52,028 nucleotides of DNA, filler included, from Squatina squatina (GCA_031763465.1; 3 parts of 3 records of this genome joined end to end with filler, not necessarily neighbours in it), one strand, 5' to 3'; numbered from the whole stretch's first letter, positions 12,500 through 27,420 are shown. Notes: generated by a model from the sequence alone, not told the origin. Numbers and translations: made by a program.

Positions 12500-12772
12500 C
12501 CAGTGTTACTCATTGATACCAGGACTCCCACTGGCCCATAGTAATGGTACCAGTTGTTGTTGTTGTACCACTTTGTAGTTTTTGACTCTTGCTTTATATC
12601 TATGCTACACCTAATTTCACATAAGTCAGTGCTGCTATTTGACTTTTATGTTAGTACCACAGCTTAAACACAAAGTTGCATGCTGGTTTTAAAATGCTCC
12701 TGAGAGGCAAATTCTAAAGGACATGAATGGGTTCAGTTACTGNNNNNNNNNNGCATATTTATACATAGTTAG

Positions 12773-14665
12773 AGTTCCCAAAATTAGTAGTGAAAATGTG
12801 ATTTATGGCAACTGTTAAATGGTTTAATTCTTCCATCCTTTCAGTAAACTTCATTACCCGACACTTGATACTGATTTTCAAATTAAATGCAAGTTTGCAT
12901 ATTACGCAGTGGGTTTGACATGAGGAAAAAAGGTTTACTTCGTACTGATGGAGTCCTTATAATTCTGGAACAACTTGAACATTCTCAACCCAAACTGTTG
13001 AAAGCTTCTTTCCTGAATAGTTACATTATCTCACTGCAAGCTATACACAGTAGTTCAGGACCATAGCCTTAACATTAGTTGGACAATTTGATATCTATAC
13101 TACAGGCAGCACTGGTGCTCGATTTAAAACTCTATATGGAACAAAAAGCCCTTGGTAAAAAGTGTTTATTTCTAACAAGCGTTGATTCTTCAATCTTCAT
13201 ACACTACAGCTGTGAATTAGCACCCGTTTCACTGCCTTGCAATCAGACTGAGCATGTACCTCATGTCTGTTTCAGCAGTAATGAGGAAATATTTAATTTC
13301 ATACCATTACCTAACAGATAGGTGAAAGGCAACACTCTTCTGATTTGGCACAGTATTCTTATTCTAATCATTGTACCATCTTATACAGACTCGCACCCCA
13401 TTGGAGAACACAAGATGATGCAGCAGTAACAGTCGCTCCCTGTCTTTCCCTTCCCCCACCTTTGAACCCAAGGACCAAATGGTTTGAAAACCTATGAGGT
13501 CACGGACATAGCCCAGACTTGGAAGTTGATAGCCCATTATTGAAAGGACTTTCTGGTACAGACCCCAGTCTTTCTAACAAGGGATGTTAATTGTAATGAT
13601 TAGTGTACCTTTATGGATGCACTCATCTGTTCATTGCTTAAAGCTGCAATATAACATAGAAAGTAAGTATGTAACATTTTAACAGAATACATTTATAAAC
13701 ATATTGTACCACATACAACTCATATCAATCTGTATGTATTGTAAAACAACATTTATATTTAGGGAGTCCAAAGCTAAAATTTCAATAGTCATTATATTTT
13801 AAACATTACTTGAAGCCATATTTCCTGAGAATTTGCTCTGCAGTATTTGCATGGTTTTAAATAAGGTTTTAAATAAGGTATTATAAAGCGACACAGGACG
13901 TGTGTTAACTACATTTTGGAATAAAAAGATTGTCAGATGTTCTGCTAAATGATTGAAAATGTCATGATATCTTCCTATTCTATACTGCAGCTTTAACTTT
14001 TTCTTTGCAATGAAATGTGTACAACCCATCACAATGCAGACTGTAACCCAGTTACTGTAATTGTCTATATTTTTTGTTTGCAGAATATAATAATTATCTC
14101 AATCGAGCGCACAACATTCTTCCATTGTCAGAACCATCACATCTTCAAAATAAAATACATATCTATTCTGCTCACATCAAAAATAGACATATGGGGTACA
14201 CGGGTTTTGAAAGTTCAAACAACACCTGTTGTCTGACTTCTACAGAATATCATAGCCTTACTGTTATTATTCTCACAACATTTGGTCACTATTTGGCAAA
14301 TAGTTTGTGACAGTTTAAAGAAACTTTCGATTAAGGAGAACAAGCTGCAGTAACATTTGGACACGATTCTTCAACCATCACATGCAAACCATGATATAAG
14401 TTTTTTTTTGCAAAATCATCAGAGAACTAACAAAAGTTTGGTACTTCCATATTTAAACCCAAGGTAGCATACATTTACCAGTGTGCAGCCTTTCATGATC
14501 GAGTGACGCAGTCTTGTGCACACCCATTCTCAACTCTTGACAACTGTAAAACCATTTACTGTAAAAGACAAGAACAAAAAACCTGGCCATCCCACTCTAT
14601 CAGAGTTGAGGTGTTGCACCAATACCATTTTACAACTCTTTTGCAAAGACACATTTGTGGATACA
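12773..14665 (-). other. XKR7: Probable XKR7 3'UTR
   Basis: About 1.9 kb of AT-rich sequence with no recognisable TE, directly downstream of the terminal coding exon. Minus-strand AATAAA at 13165-13170. True end not determinable. Confidence 0.5.
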
Positions 14666-15528
14666 NNNNNNNNNNNNNNNNNNNNNNNNNNNNNNNNNNN
14701 NNNNNNNNNNNNNNNNNNNNNNNNNNNNNNNNNNNNNNNNNNNNNNNNNNNNNNNNNNNNNNNNNNNNNNNNNNNNNNNNNNNNNNNNNNNNNNNNNNNN
14801 NNNNNNNNNNNNNNNNNNNNNNNNNNNNNNNNNNNNNNNNNNNNNNNNNNNNNNNNNNNNNNNNNNNNNNNNNNNNNNNNNNNNNNNNNNNNNNNNNNNN
14901 NNNNNNNNNNNNNNNNNNNNNNNNNNNNNNNNNNNNNNNNNNNNNNNNNNNNNNNNNNNNNNNNNNNNNNNNNNNNNNNNNNNNNNNNNNNNNNNNNNNN
15001 NNNNNNNNNNNNNNNNNNNNNNNNNNNNNNNNNNNNNNNNNNNNNNNNNNNNNNNNNNNNNNNNNNNNNNNNNNNNNNNNNNNNNNNNNNNNNNNNNNNN
15101 NNNNNNNNNNNNNNNNNNNNNNNNNNNNNNNNNNNNNNNNNNNNNNNNNNNNNNNNNNNNNNNNNNNNNNNNNNNNNNNNNNNNNNNNNNNNNNNNNNNN
15201 NNNNNNNNNNNNNNNNNNNNNNNNNNNNNNNNNNNNNNNNNNNNNNNNNNNNNNNNNNNNNNNNNNNNNNNNNNNNNNNNNNNNNNNNNNNNNNNNNNNN
15301 NNNNNNNNNNNNNNNNNNNNNNNNNNNNNNNNNNNNNNNNNNNNNNNNNNNNNNNNNNNNNNNNNNNNNNNNNNNNNNNNNNNNNNNNNNNNNNNNNNNN
15401 NNNNNNNNNNNNNNNNNNNNNNNNNNNNNNNNNNNNNNNNNNNNNNNNNNNNNNNNNNNNNNNNNNNNNNNNNNNNNNNNNNNNNNNNNNNNNNNNNNNN
15501 NNNNNNNNNNNNNNNNNNNNNNNNNNNN

Positions 15529-15777
<249 letters not shown>

Positions 15778-16907
15778 TTAACTTGTTTCAATGATGAAGC
15801 AGCGCTTCCATTATAATACCAATACTCCAACGGTACCCAAACAAAGATATCAGCTTTGAAAGTACATTTGGCAGTAATCATGGGAGAATGCTTAATTTGT
15901 TTGCATGACATTCCTTTACTTGCTATGTTAATGGTGGAGTTAGCGGCTTATTTCAAATGGCTAACCCATTTAAATGGAGGAGAGAGGATCGCCATTTGAG
16001 TGTGTCCTCTAGTATGCCCCAGTGATCATTTCTAGCCTATCCTGTATGTTTCCCAGTTTTCAGGTGTGGCAGGATACCTTGATCTGAATGAACATTTTCC
16101 AGCAAAAGGTCTGTATGAGAAGAACACAAGCAGTGTCTTTCATCTCATTTGACGCTTGACAAGGTAATCCCACAATGAAGCTTACTGCACTGTAAGCTGT
16201 CACAGCTGCTGTATTTTGTCAGTGATCTAGAGCCTCTTTGAATCAACCAAATGAGCCCCTCAAACAAAAACACAAACTGCAGGACAACCAATCATTTCTA
16301 CTTTTATACATGATGCCAAATGTCACAAACACACATGTACTTACAGAACATTATCCTATGGTATTTAGATCAGTGAGCAGCCTCTAGGACCAGCACTACA
16401 TTTCTTCACTGACAATATATTATGGATTTCCAAACATTATAAGGGGTAATTGCAGATCATAAATTACTAGCTGTCCTCCGCTGTTGTTGCTCATGGGTAG
16501 TCTGCATCTGGGCATTGGAGGTTGCTCTAGATTGGCAGCTACTTGGCTTCTCTCCTTGATGAAAGATCAGGTTATGTGAAGATCAGAAATACCAGCAGGA
16601 GATGACTAGCTTTCTTTCTTTTTGTGTAACTTTTTTTAAACAATGTTCAGTTGTGATTTGTTGGTGTTTGATACAAAGTGTGACATCGGAACTGTGATAA
16701 ACACGTCTCAAACTTTGTGGATGTACTAAGCAGTACTCCATGCTTTGTTAGAATAAGTTGCCAAATGCTTACCCATTATAGTTTCTGGTCATCAATACCT
16801 GATCTGTGGGCCATACCTACTGTAATAAACCACAAGTGTGCTGCAGTGGAGGCTACGGCAGTAAAGTGACATTGTGTGACAGTGAGAAACAATGTCAGAT
16901 GACTCTT

Positions 16908-17420
16908 AGGGGGCGATTTAAACCATGCCCAATCAGTGAAAACCAGGTGAACGGCCTGTTAAAATTGCATGGGAGATGTACCCGCCAACCTCCCGCTCCT
17001 TCCCTGCGGTCTTCCGTTTTAATCTGCTCTTCTGAGCAGGCGAGAAATATGCAGATTGGGGTCTGGTGACATTATCAGAGCTCAATTGCTATTTCAACCA
17101 GTGGCCTGAGTGTAGAAGCACCAGCTCAGCAGAGCGGGAAGAAGAAGCGGGGCGAGAAGAGGCCCAAACAGGTCACTTTTTTTTAAACTTAAAAAAAAAC
17201 TTTCCTTGTGGGACCAGGAGGAATAGGGGTTCTCCTTTGGACCCCACGAGGAAAGTTTAGGTCACCCCCACCCCAGACTCCCCCAACGTTCCCTTTAAGC
17301 TGCATGGCTCCCAGCTCTCTGACGGGTTCCGCACAGCCCGAGACCAGCTCTGGTTAAATTTCTGTGAAGGGGCCGCGCAACTCCCAAAAAAATAACGGAG
17401 AACACTGCTTCCCCCCCCCG
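16908..17420. mobile_element. Harbinger-like non-autonomous element fragment in XKR7 intron 2
   Basis: TTA|GGGGGCGATTTAAA start and GC-rich body with motifs shared with 31590-31890 and 32359-32577 (ends TTAAAATCGGGGCC). Truncated by a gap. Confidence 0.45.
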
Positions 17421-17642
17421 NNNNNNNNNNNNNNNNNNNNNNNNNNNNNNNNNNNNNNNNNNNNNNNNNNNNNNNNNNNNNNNNNNNNNNNNNNNNNNNN
17501 NNNNNNNNNNNNNNNNNNNNTCACTTTGGAGTGCAGTGACTGTGGCTGTGAGGCAATCATTTTGCACACTGTTCTCACAAACAGGAGTGAGATGACTTCA
17601 TCCAAAAGCTAACACCCCTGACAGTGCCGCACTCCCACTGCA

Positions 17643-17950
17643 GAGAGAACCCTTGGCCTAGTGGTAGCAGTCCTGTCCCTGAGCCAGAAGGTGCAGGGTT
17701 CGAACCCCACTTCAGACATTCCAGGCCAGTGGAGACTGGACCTCCTACTCTGAATCCTGGATTGTCATCCAGGAGGATACTTTCATCCATTGGATGTAGG
17801 TGCTCTGCCCGTCATTGTATGTGCTGTGGGATCTCATTAAACCCACCTGCCATATCGGGCAAATCACCCTGGTCTGGTATGGGGTGGTTATAAAGATGGT
17901 AATGGGCATGAAGGGTTGTGGTCTGTCAGACTGTTAATCAGCCTGCAAAT
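17643..17950 (+). mobile_element. tRNA-headed SINE with a different body
   Basis: Consensus-like A-box TGGCCTAGTGG (17654-17664) and B-box GGTTCGAACCC (17697-17707). No cloverleaf. Downstream sequence does not match the Deu body. 3' end approximate. Confidence 0.55.
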
Positions 17951-18176
17951 CTTTCCACTACAAACTGTTCTCCAAGGGAAGAGTGTGAAGATATGAAAAC
18001 AGCAACAGCATGGAACTGAAAGGACAACTGGATGAGTTTCTGAAGAGAGAAAACAATCTATGATATAGTAAGAAAGTGACAGGTAGATGAGATTGACAAA
18101 AGGAACAAACTTGTCGAGTCTTTTCCCATTGCTAAAAAGTGTTCTTTTCGTATGCCTTTATATTGTGACAAAATTA

Positions 18177-18410
<234 letters not shown>

Positions 18411-20188
18411 TCAAGGCAACTTAATGACTACTAATTCCGCAGAATCCTCTCCATTAATGACTGTCCAGTACACAGCAGCTAATGTTCGCTTTGTTGATGA
18501 GAGCATGTACTCAGTCATTAACTAAGTCTCTATACAGTTTGACTGACTAAAACGATTGGCTTACTTAGTAAGTGCAGGCCAAGGTTGCTGTCTAATCAAA
18601 CTGAATCTAAGATAGGACTGTAACTGATCCACTGCTGGACTACTTAAATATTTCAAATAAAAACAAAAGTCAGTTTTATCCTCATGCCATTGAAATGATA
18701 TAGTCTGAGCTTTAAAGATGCTGATGCAGTTGGTTACAAAGAATCTGAAGATAACTTCAAAATTGGAAGACTGTCACTAGACAAGATAATGGGCCATAAT
18801 TTGCTGTAGCAGGGCATCTAACAGCATCTGCCATTGGTTAGATTTGCCCTTGCACATTTAGCTTCTCAAATTTTGCGTGTGGCAAGTTGCTGAAAGTGCG
18901 AGCTGATAATGGTGCAATGAGGGAAACCGGGCATCCGGGACCTGAGTCTACAGGACAAGCAACTCTCTACTTCCTTAACCAGTCAGATTGAAAGATTGTG
19001 AAATAAACAGTCCAAGGACCGAAAAGGAAGTGTAAATCAGAGTGGGTGAATTTAATATCAAATCAGGTAGAAGGGATAGAGAGAGGAAAAGAAAGATTGG
19101 ATTAAGAGAGAGAGAGAAAGGGAGACAGAAAGGAAAAGTTTTTTAAAAAAATTAACAACAATTAAAACCTGAAGGATTGAGACTCCGCATTTGATATAGT
19201 TAATTTTCAGTGCCACAGAGGTTGACTGATACACCCTGTGGGAACGTATAAAATGTGCCCACAGTTAGGAGAGGCCAAGATCACACTGCTTCCATTTAAC
19301 ATCTCAGACTGTAAATCCAGTGTGATATTAAACTAGGTATAAAAGATATCGAAAATGTCCTTTGGACCTTCTGGACACTTTTCAGGCTTACCTGCAATTA
19401 ATTTAAATATTTATACAGTGCAGGTTCTGTCAGACACACGATTACATTTTTAACCCTGAAAGAGGAACTATGCACATACACGTAACCATAAATGCACAGG
19501 GTGCTCTCCTGGTAGCAGAAGTTTCACTCAGACACTAAACAGGATACTGCCTGGCTGAATTTGAGCTGCAGTTACTGGTCTCAGATCAGTAACTATTGTG
19601 TAAATGCACCCTTAGAGACAATCCCCGACAACTAGTATCTGACAATTTCATGACTGGTTTGAGCCAGTCCCATCCTAACAGTTTTGTAAGAAAATGCTGA
19701 AATGTTGGTTGCTCTTTCATATAATGGTTTAAAACCTGAATAAAATGATTTCATTTTTATTCAATCTTGGATTATAAAGAACCTGTTGATAACTACTCTC
19801 ATATGCCGAAGTAATCTTTTGCGATGAGCTCTCCAAACAATAGAACAGCTAGCACGTACATTTGAGAAGGTTTTCCGAACATTACACAAAGGTTGAAATG
19901 CACTTCATATTTTATTGGATATTTACCCCGAGGAGAGTGATCACAGGGTCCCTTTATACAGTCCGTGTCAGGAAGCTGATTCCTATAGCATTGCTGAGTT
20001 CCACTGTTAATGAGACCAAAGGCCAAAAGATTCAGGACTGAATCCCTATATTTACTTTACTTAAATCAGTGACTATAACCCACATTTTTGTGGGACTGCA
20101 ATGCCAGTTTACTGCAGGTTGGCAGGATTAAGCAGTTAATGGAGGAAGAACTATTGGCTGCACTTCAGTTATATAAACACAGCTTTAT

Positions 20189-20300
20189 ACTCACATTGAA
20201 CAACTTCTCCTTTGACTCCACTCACTTGCTCCAATAAAATGTATTGCTATGGGAACCTGCATGGGTCCTAGCTATGCCTGCCTTTTCGTGAGATATGTGG
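20189..20300 (+). mobile_element. Penelope-like element reverse transcriptase fragment
   Basis: LTLNNFSFDSTHLLQ* then frameshifted IAMGTCMGPSYACLFVRYV, matching the PLE RT motif GxAMGxxMGPSYAxLF. Truncated by a gap. Confidence 0.8.
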
Positions 20301-20524
20301 NNNNNNNNNNNNNNNNNNNNNNNNNNNNNNNNNNNNNNNNNNNNNNNNNNNNNNNNNNNNNNNNNNNNNNNNNNNNNNNNNNNNNNNNNNNNNNNNNNNN
20401 GACCAGGCCTCTGCCATTCTCTGCTGGGACAGGAGTACAAAAGGAAAAAAAAAGTTGCATTTACTTTGCTCATCATTTCTCAGAAACACCTTGAAAAAAG
20501 GTCCTCATATACTATAAATTAAGC

Positions 20525-20800
20525 TTGTTACATGGGCAAGCATTACGGTCATTTTGCACACAGGAGGACCTCACAAACTGCAATGAGATCAATGGCCAAT
20601 TTATCTGTTCTTGGTGGTACCGGTGGAGGGAAGAATGTTGGCCAAAGACACCACAGAGAATTCCTTGCTCTCCTTCCAATAGTCCCAGCGTATCTTTAAC
20701 ACCTATCTGAGCCACCAGAACAGAAAGACGGGGTCTCGGGTTGATCTTTCATCCAAAAGACAGCACCTTTGACAATACAACACTCCCTCAATATGCAGTT
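20525..20800 (-). mobile_element. Deu-domain SINE, partial reverse copy
   Basis: Reverse complement of the SINE body. Other partial copies at about 1-80, 7945-8098, 17521-17642(-), 28880-29052, 41090-41200 and 47540-47643(-). Confidence 0.7.
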
Positions 20801-22234
20801 GCTTCCAACCCGAACCAACCCAACAATGCTTAGAACAGGAGAAGGTCCAACTCTCTCCAATGTTTTTCTCCCCAGTTTCCCAGGCAAATGCCAACTCATT
20901 TGGAATGAATGTATCAAATCCCACCTGTCCCATCACTCCTGTCCTTGCTGACCTTTGCTGGCTTCCCATTTCCCCAGGACATTAATTTCAAAATACATCT
21001 TTTCATTTACAAATCCTTCATTGGCCTCACACCACCTCACTTTTTCATCCTCCTCCAGCCCTACGCCTCAACCCACACCCAATTTTATTCAATAGAATCC
21101 ATCACATGGCATAAATAGGGAGGCCTCCAACCATACCTCCCGCCACCCCCCCCGGCCCGCACCCCCACCCCCCCCCGGCGAAAAACCAGCTGCTGAAACA
21201 TTTCAGTAAACTAAATTATTATCAGTGCTCAAGTCTACACATAGATGTGAACGTCAAATTCTTGTGTCACTTGCCTCTTTTCCTAGACAATACTGCAACC
21301 ATCATATCCATCTGTGAGAAGGGAGAATTAACTGTTGAATCTTGTGACTCCAGCAAGCTGCTGGAACATCTATGCTTCCTTCAGGAAGACAGTCTTCATC
21401 CAGAAGAAAAGAAAACAGGTGAAGAGTTAAGCGTGCTGCAGCACCAGCAGCTGGGCTAGAATGAGGAGGAGCAACAATAACTCTTGCAACAGATGGCACA
21501 CCAGGAGCAAAACCTGCTAGTAGCGGTGGAAACAGTGCATGAGGCTGCTATTCCTCAGGCGATTAGCTTGATGCAGAATGAAGGTCATTATTACATTGTC
21601 CTGGATATACTTAAAATGGATGAAAACGATTATCTAGTATGCCATCTGATTTTTCATCCTTAAAATATACTCAATTCTTGCTGATTTGAAATCAGTTGAT
21701 TTTATGAAACTTCAGAACAAGCAAAATATTTTTACAAATTAGCTTTACAGCACCATGAAAATTAATGTTTCAAATCTAAAGTTTAAAAGTGAGAGGCATT
21801 GAACAGATTTTTTTGCTAGAATATTCTCCAATTATTCCAGACAGTAAGAAAAAACAGAAAATTTATGTCACTTCAGCCACTTAACTGCTTCCTTTATTTT
21901 GTGTTTATCTACGTTAGTGCTAGGCAACATACCATTCAGAAAAAAAGTTGTGCACATTACTTCTTATTTCATTTCTGATACAGGTGCACTAACAGTTAGA
22001 GAGTGAGGGTAGAAGAGGCAAATTACTTTAACTTTTTTTTTTACAGCAAGTACTGTCAATGGTATTTTTTCATGGGGTTTCATTAACCTTAAACTGTGGT
22101 AACACAAAATCCCTTGTGGCGATATGGTTTNNNNNNNNNNNNNNNNNNNNNNNNNNNNNNNNNNNNNNNNNNNNNNNNNNNNNNNNNNNNNNNNNNNNNN
22201 NNNNNNNNNNNNNNNNNNNNNNNNNNNNNNGTGG

Positions 22235-22463
22235 ACAAGTAAAAGAAGTAATTTAAAAAGCTAATGGATTGTTGGCCTTTATCTCAAGGGGCTGGAACAC
22301 AAAGGGGTGGAAGTTATGTTAGAGCCATACAGAGCCTTGGTCAGACCCCACCTGGAGTGACTGCTTTCAGCTCTGGGCACCGCACCTCAGGAAGGGTATG
22401 TTGGCCTTGAAGGGGGTACAGCACAGATCCACCAGAATCAGAACCTGATTAAAAGGGTTAAAG
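22235..22463 (+). mobile_element. CR1-type LINE ORF2 fragment
   Basis: Encodes KANGLLAFISRGLEHKGVEVMLEPYRALVRPHLE, then frameshifts. Confidence 0.8.
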
Positions 22464-23306
22464 GTCATTAACAAAGCAAGCCAAGTGAATTATGGAGAGG
22501 AAGCGGAGCATGAGGTGCTTCATTGAAATAAAGGCCATTGCTACTTTAACCATAATCCCTGGGAACATGATTTAATCAGCAATCAATTCACCTTAAGCAC
22601 TCTGCATTTTCCTTTTTAAAAAAATTACACCAAGTGAATGAAAATCTGCTTTTTAAAGTTGCTAATTTGGAACAGCAAATGCAGATTGTGAACCCAACGT
22701 TAGTAGTAAATGTAAATGTTTGAGGTAAGACACTGAACCTTGGCCAGCATTCTCTCGACAATGCTAAACTAAATTTGAGATACAGCAATAATGAGGCATT
22801 TTGACAACTCAGTTCACTGCCAGATTATTTTTTTCTAAAAACAAACAGGACGACAATTTATAGGGTTTCAGATACAAGATGGGAATGAATAGAAAGATGT
22901 GCAATCCAATGTGGCATTATAGTTCTTTGAATGTCGGAAGAAGATATTTATTTATCTTATTTTGCAATACACATTGTGCTTAGTAATATGTTGTAATCTT
23001 GTAAATAAATGATAACTTTAAAAGCTTTAGGTTCTTATGGACTTCGGGGCTTTATGCAACATTCAATATTTTGTTCTTAAACCAAGAAGCAATTAGTTCC
23101 TGTAAACTATGTAGCATTCAACCTTTGGTATATCAGGAAAATCAAAAATAACCTCTGAACAAATTACTGCACAGTTTTTTAAATCTGCTTCAATTATCAT
23201 TAGGCAATGAAGTCAAGAGCTACTTAAAGCTAAGGCAAATGACTTGGTGAGGTATGGCATGAAGTGACAATATCCTGTAACAATTCCAGCTAATTTCGCT
23301 ACACTT

Positions 23307-23632
23307 AGGACTGGATTTTACCAACCTCAGCGGGTCCGGGGTGGGCGATGGCCGTGGTGGATCCCGACCCTGATGCTGTCTCGATCGCAGCCTCCGACAT
23401 GATTTTACGATGATGGGGCTTGTTAACCCACCCACCGAGGTTCCCGGCCAATTAAAAGGAAGTGGGTCATATGACTCGTCATCAGCCGGTTTCCTTAAAG
23501 AGAACCACGGCCACCTTTATTTTGACAGTTGTGCCGTCAGTGTTCTACAGCATTGAGGTGCTGTAAACATTGCCAAGCACTGCAAAGAGGTGCACGACTG
23601 CACCCAGGCTCTCCCATCACTCCCTCCATCTG
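23307..23632 (+). mobile_element. Harbinger-type element 5' fragment
   Basis: Begins TTA|GGACTGGATTTT, has a GC-rich subterminal region and ends at a gap with RCTTAPRLSHHSLHL, which resembles the APRFS..SL start of the Myb/SANT ORF at 51048. Confidence 0.5.
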
Positions 23633-26600
23633 NNNNNNNNNNNNNNNNNNNNNNNNNNNNNNNNNNNNNNNNNNNNNNNNNNNNNNNNNNNNNNNNNNNN
23701 NNNNNNNNNNNNNNNNNNNNNNNNNNNNNNNNCTGTCATCATTCTGTTCACTCTATCTGTTCCATTTCACTGACATCATTCTGTTTTTCATTATTTTCTT
23801 ATTCACATACATATTCCCTCACAGACAGACAGGTACTGCAGTCTAACACAATGCAATACCTGATCATGTAAAGCTTTGCGTTAAGGAGCGTGATAATGTA
23901 TTGCAAAATGTCTTGTTCTGATTTTCTAGCTGCGGGGGGTGGGGAAAGAAGGAGCTGCTGTTGCAAGACAATAACCAGCTACAATCAAGCACCTTCTATA
24001 TTTTTAAATCACCAAGTGTCACCCACTGCTACAATGGCAACTATCAGCACATTTTAATGTATTACTGGGGCAGAAGGGGAAGGAACAATTTGTCCTAATC
24101 CTCCAATATTGTGGACAGGAAGCGCACGCTCACTATATTGTTTGTGGCAAAAGGAGGAAAGATTTAAAGCACTCAAACACGTGGTGGTGATAACAAGGAG
24201 GGGGATTCCTCCCCAGAAGTGTAGAAAATTTCCCCACAGAAGACCTGGGGTAAATCTATATTATTTAAAATAGGTACTCTGCAACATGTATTTAAGTACT
24301 ATGCAAAAACAGCATCGCTAGGATCTATCTCACAGCCACAACCCCCCAACTGTTACCGTAGTGCTGTCACACTCAAGGTCCACCCTTCTATCTTTGCTCC
24401 ATTGTCAACCTATCACAATATTCCAACACCCAGGGGCCAACCTCCTACTTCCGCACCCTAGTACTCCTCCATACACCAACTCATCCCTTGCACTTCAGGC
24501 AGACCTTGGCAACACCTTTCCCATGCTCCCAAACATCAGGACTATCTTTCAAAGTGTTCATTCATCCTGTAGCCTCTCCCCGTAGTTATCCCAAACCCTC
24601 ACACCCATAATGCTTCCACACTCAATAACCCTGCTTCAATGCTCTCAGAGCCCTGGACCATCATCCCAACACGAGCAACCTGCAACCTGCAGTCCACTGA
24701 TATTGTTACCCCAATTTTTTTCTGCAGTCCACTTACTACCACCCTACAACCTTTTCCCTGCCATCTTGGTCCATGTCCTGTGATTTTAAAAAAGGTCAGA
24801 GGTAAAATAAACTCCAACGTTAAAGAAACATTTCATAATAATCAAGGCCCCTAAATTATAGCATCCATGCAAACATTCATTCAGTCATAAAATTTGAACC
24901 TGAAATTATCACAAGCACCCCTACAGTACTGTAATAAAAGTGCAATTTGATTTTTCTTTCTGGTTTGTTCAAACTCCATTCATTCAAAATACAAAAGCAG
25001 GCTTTAGTTTTAAAAAGCTAAACAATTTTCACCACATCTTATCATAATTCTTATTTAAGTCATTACTTATGACCGTCAACCTGTTTCACAATGTCACATT
25101 TGTTTACATTAAACGTCACGTTTATGAGAAGTGGATTTGTAGAAGGGAGAAATCTTCATACTATGTGGCAAGGTGGAATGTCAGAAGTTCAATTCTAGGG
25201 AATACAGCCTGATAGACAAGCTCTCAGAGTTTCCCAGCCAGTTTCGCCTAAAATTTCACCACATCATTGGACTCATGTTACACATTAAGCAAATGGCCTT
25301 CTAAGTACCGCTATGCTAGACTTGCTGCCTCCTCATTTACCTCAGAAATTATGAATGAAACAGAGGCAGCCGTTTCAGTTCACTCAGGAAGTCAATACCA
25401 AGGGATTTGAAGAACAATTCTTCAGCAGTATCTGGCAGGCATTGGCCCCTGAGGATCACCTGGTATGGCAGATACAAAACAAAACTGATATATGAAACTG
25501 CCTAGGGATTATACTCCTCAAAACAGCTGTTCCTTTTGTGATTCTAGTTTCAAGTTGCAAGGATAAACCATATCAACAATTCTATTAAAAAAGAAACAAT
25601 TACTTTGGTAACCTTACTCTCTTTTGAAACTGTAAGGTTAGGTTATATTTAATGCTGCCATTCCTTATAGTTCATATTTATTCAAACTCTTGAGTTAGTT
25701 GATTTAAGGGTAGAGCGTGTACCTGCACAGCCTCACAAGTGTATGTTGGAGATAGAAATACATTGCAGACTCAATTCTACATTTTTGCTGTCATTTTTTT
25801 AACTTCTGACATGGATGTGAAACTTTTTCTAAAAAAATATATGCAGTTTCGCAAAAAAGGTAGAATTTACATCACATGGCAAGTTGCTTGAATATGTGGC
25901 TTTGTATGGATAGGATCTTTGTAACTTACAACACACACAATGTACAATTGTACTGCCATGTTGGAGTATTTAAGCTGAACTGTCCCTTTAAAGTCACAAA
26001 GTCTAACTATTGTTAATAGGTACATCCTGAGGTCAGTTCCAGGCCAATCCACATTAGGTACATCCAGAATGATTTCATTCTGTTTCAAGATAAATTCTTT
26101 TGTAAATATGACAAGTTCAATTACACTCGGTGACGCAGACAAAATNNNNNNNNNNTTGTAAATCCATTCCATGTGAAAGACATATGCCTTCCACCAATAT
26201 GTTAGGCTTGCTGGCAGAGCTGTAGATACTCAGTGGTAATATGCAAATCGGGGAAGGGGTGGAAGATAAAAAGAAACAAAGGAACACAATTTCATCCAGG
26301 TTTATTTTTAAGCTGTGGGTTGGGTCACTGACCCTTGCTGAGTTCTTACTGTTCCCATTGCACTGGTTATAAAGCACTGACCACTCAACTATGCTGTCTG
26401 ACATCAAGCGAGAACTTCCTCTAGCTAAACAAGCCATTCGGTTTGGTTCTTGCCAATAATTCTACACACCCCGATTCCATTCCCACCCTAGCTGCTCGTT
26501 TAAGGTGAACCCAACAGTGCACATCCTTGGACAGAAAAAGGCTATTGAAGCTTAGCTCAGGGTTACGCAGGACAGCATCATCAAGACAACCTCATCCTAC

Positions 26601-27420
26601 TCCAAAAATATTGCCTGCCTCCTTCCCTACCTCACCGTTTTTGAAAGCATCATCCACACCTTTGTCACCTCCAGGCTTAATTTAAATAAAAATGTTCATT
26701 TTGTTTTTGAAATATCTGCCGACTGAGGTAAGCAGAAATCCTGCAATGAGTTATTTTGGGACTGGAATTTATAGGAGGAAAGGGGGTTTATCTGGCAGAT
26801 GGCACTGTGTTGATAATTGAAATGGAGAATTTAAAGGGTTATTGGAAGGATTATTCTCCAGATTCAGAAGAACTGAAGATCATAAATTGGTTACAATATT
26901 ACAAAATGAGGTGTCCTGTTTTGTACTTGTACAAATGTTTTGGTGCAATTACTAACAGGAGGAATTTTACTCCTTAGCTGTGGTGGCACCCTCAAGATAG
27001 CTTTTATATTCAAATTAATTGTTTTACTTATTCATTATCACATCCAATCCCGCCTATGCTTTATCCTTTAAATCGCACTGGAGTAACATGATTATGTTCC
27101 TTCATCTGCATTCCTGGCCTCTCCAAGTTATTGCACTTCATAAACTCCAAACCTTAAAAAATACAAAGCAGAACATTGTTATATTTAACCACTCCCCAAT
27201 TATTTCATGTTTTATGAAAGTGTTGTCCACTTAGGCCAAGCATTTGTGACAAGTTCCTGGGACCAATCAGCAATAAACCTTGAACTACTTTAACGAAGCC
27301 CATTTTGAATTCACACCAACTTTCTAACTAAAGTTAACAGGAGTAATCTCACCACTGCCCCGCCACCTCCAGTTTTTATTGAAAATCAGAACAGTTATTT
27401 CAGTGAGCACTCAACATTTA

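Noticed and set aside
17645-17715. tRNA gene
   Set aside because: A and B boxes are present, but I cannot form acceptor and anticodon stems, and there is no nearby T-run terminator. It resembles the SINE heads.
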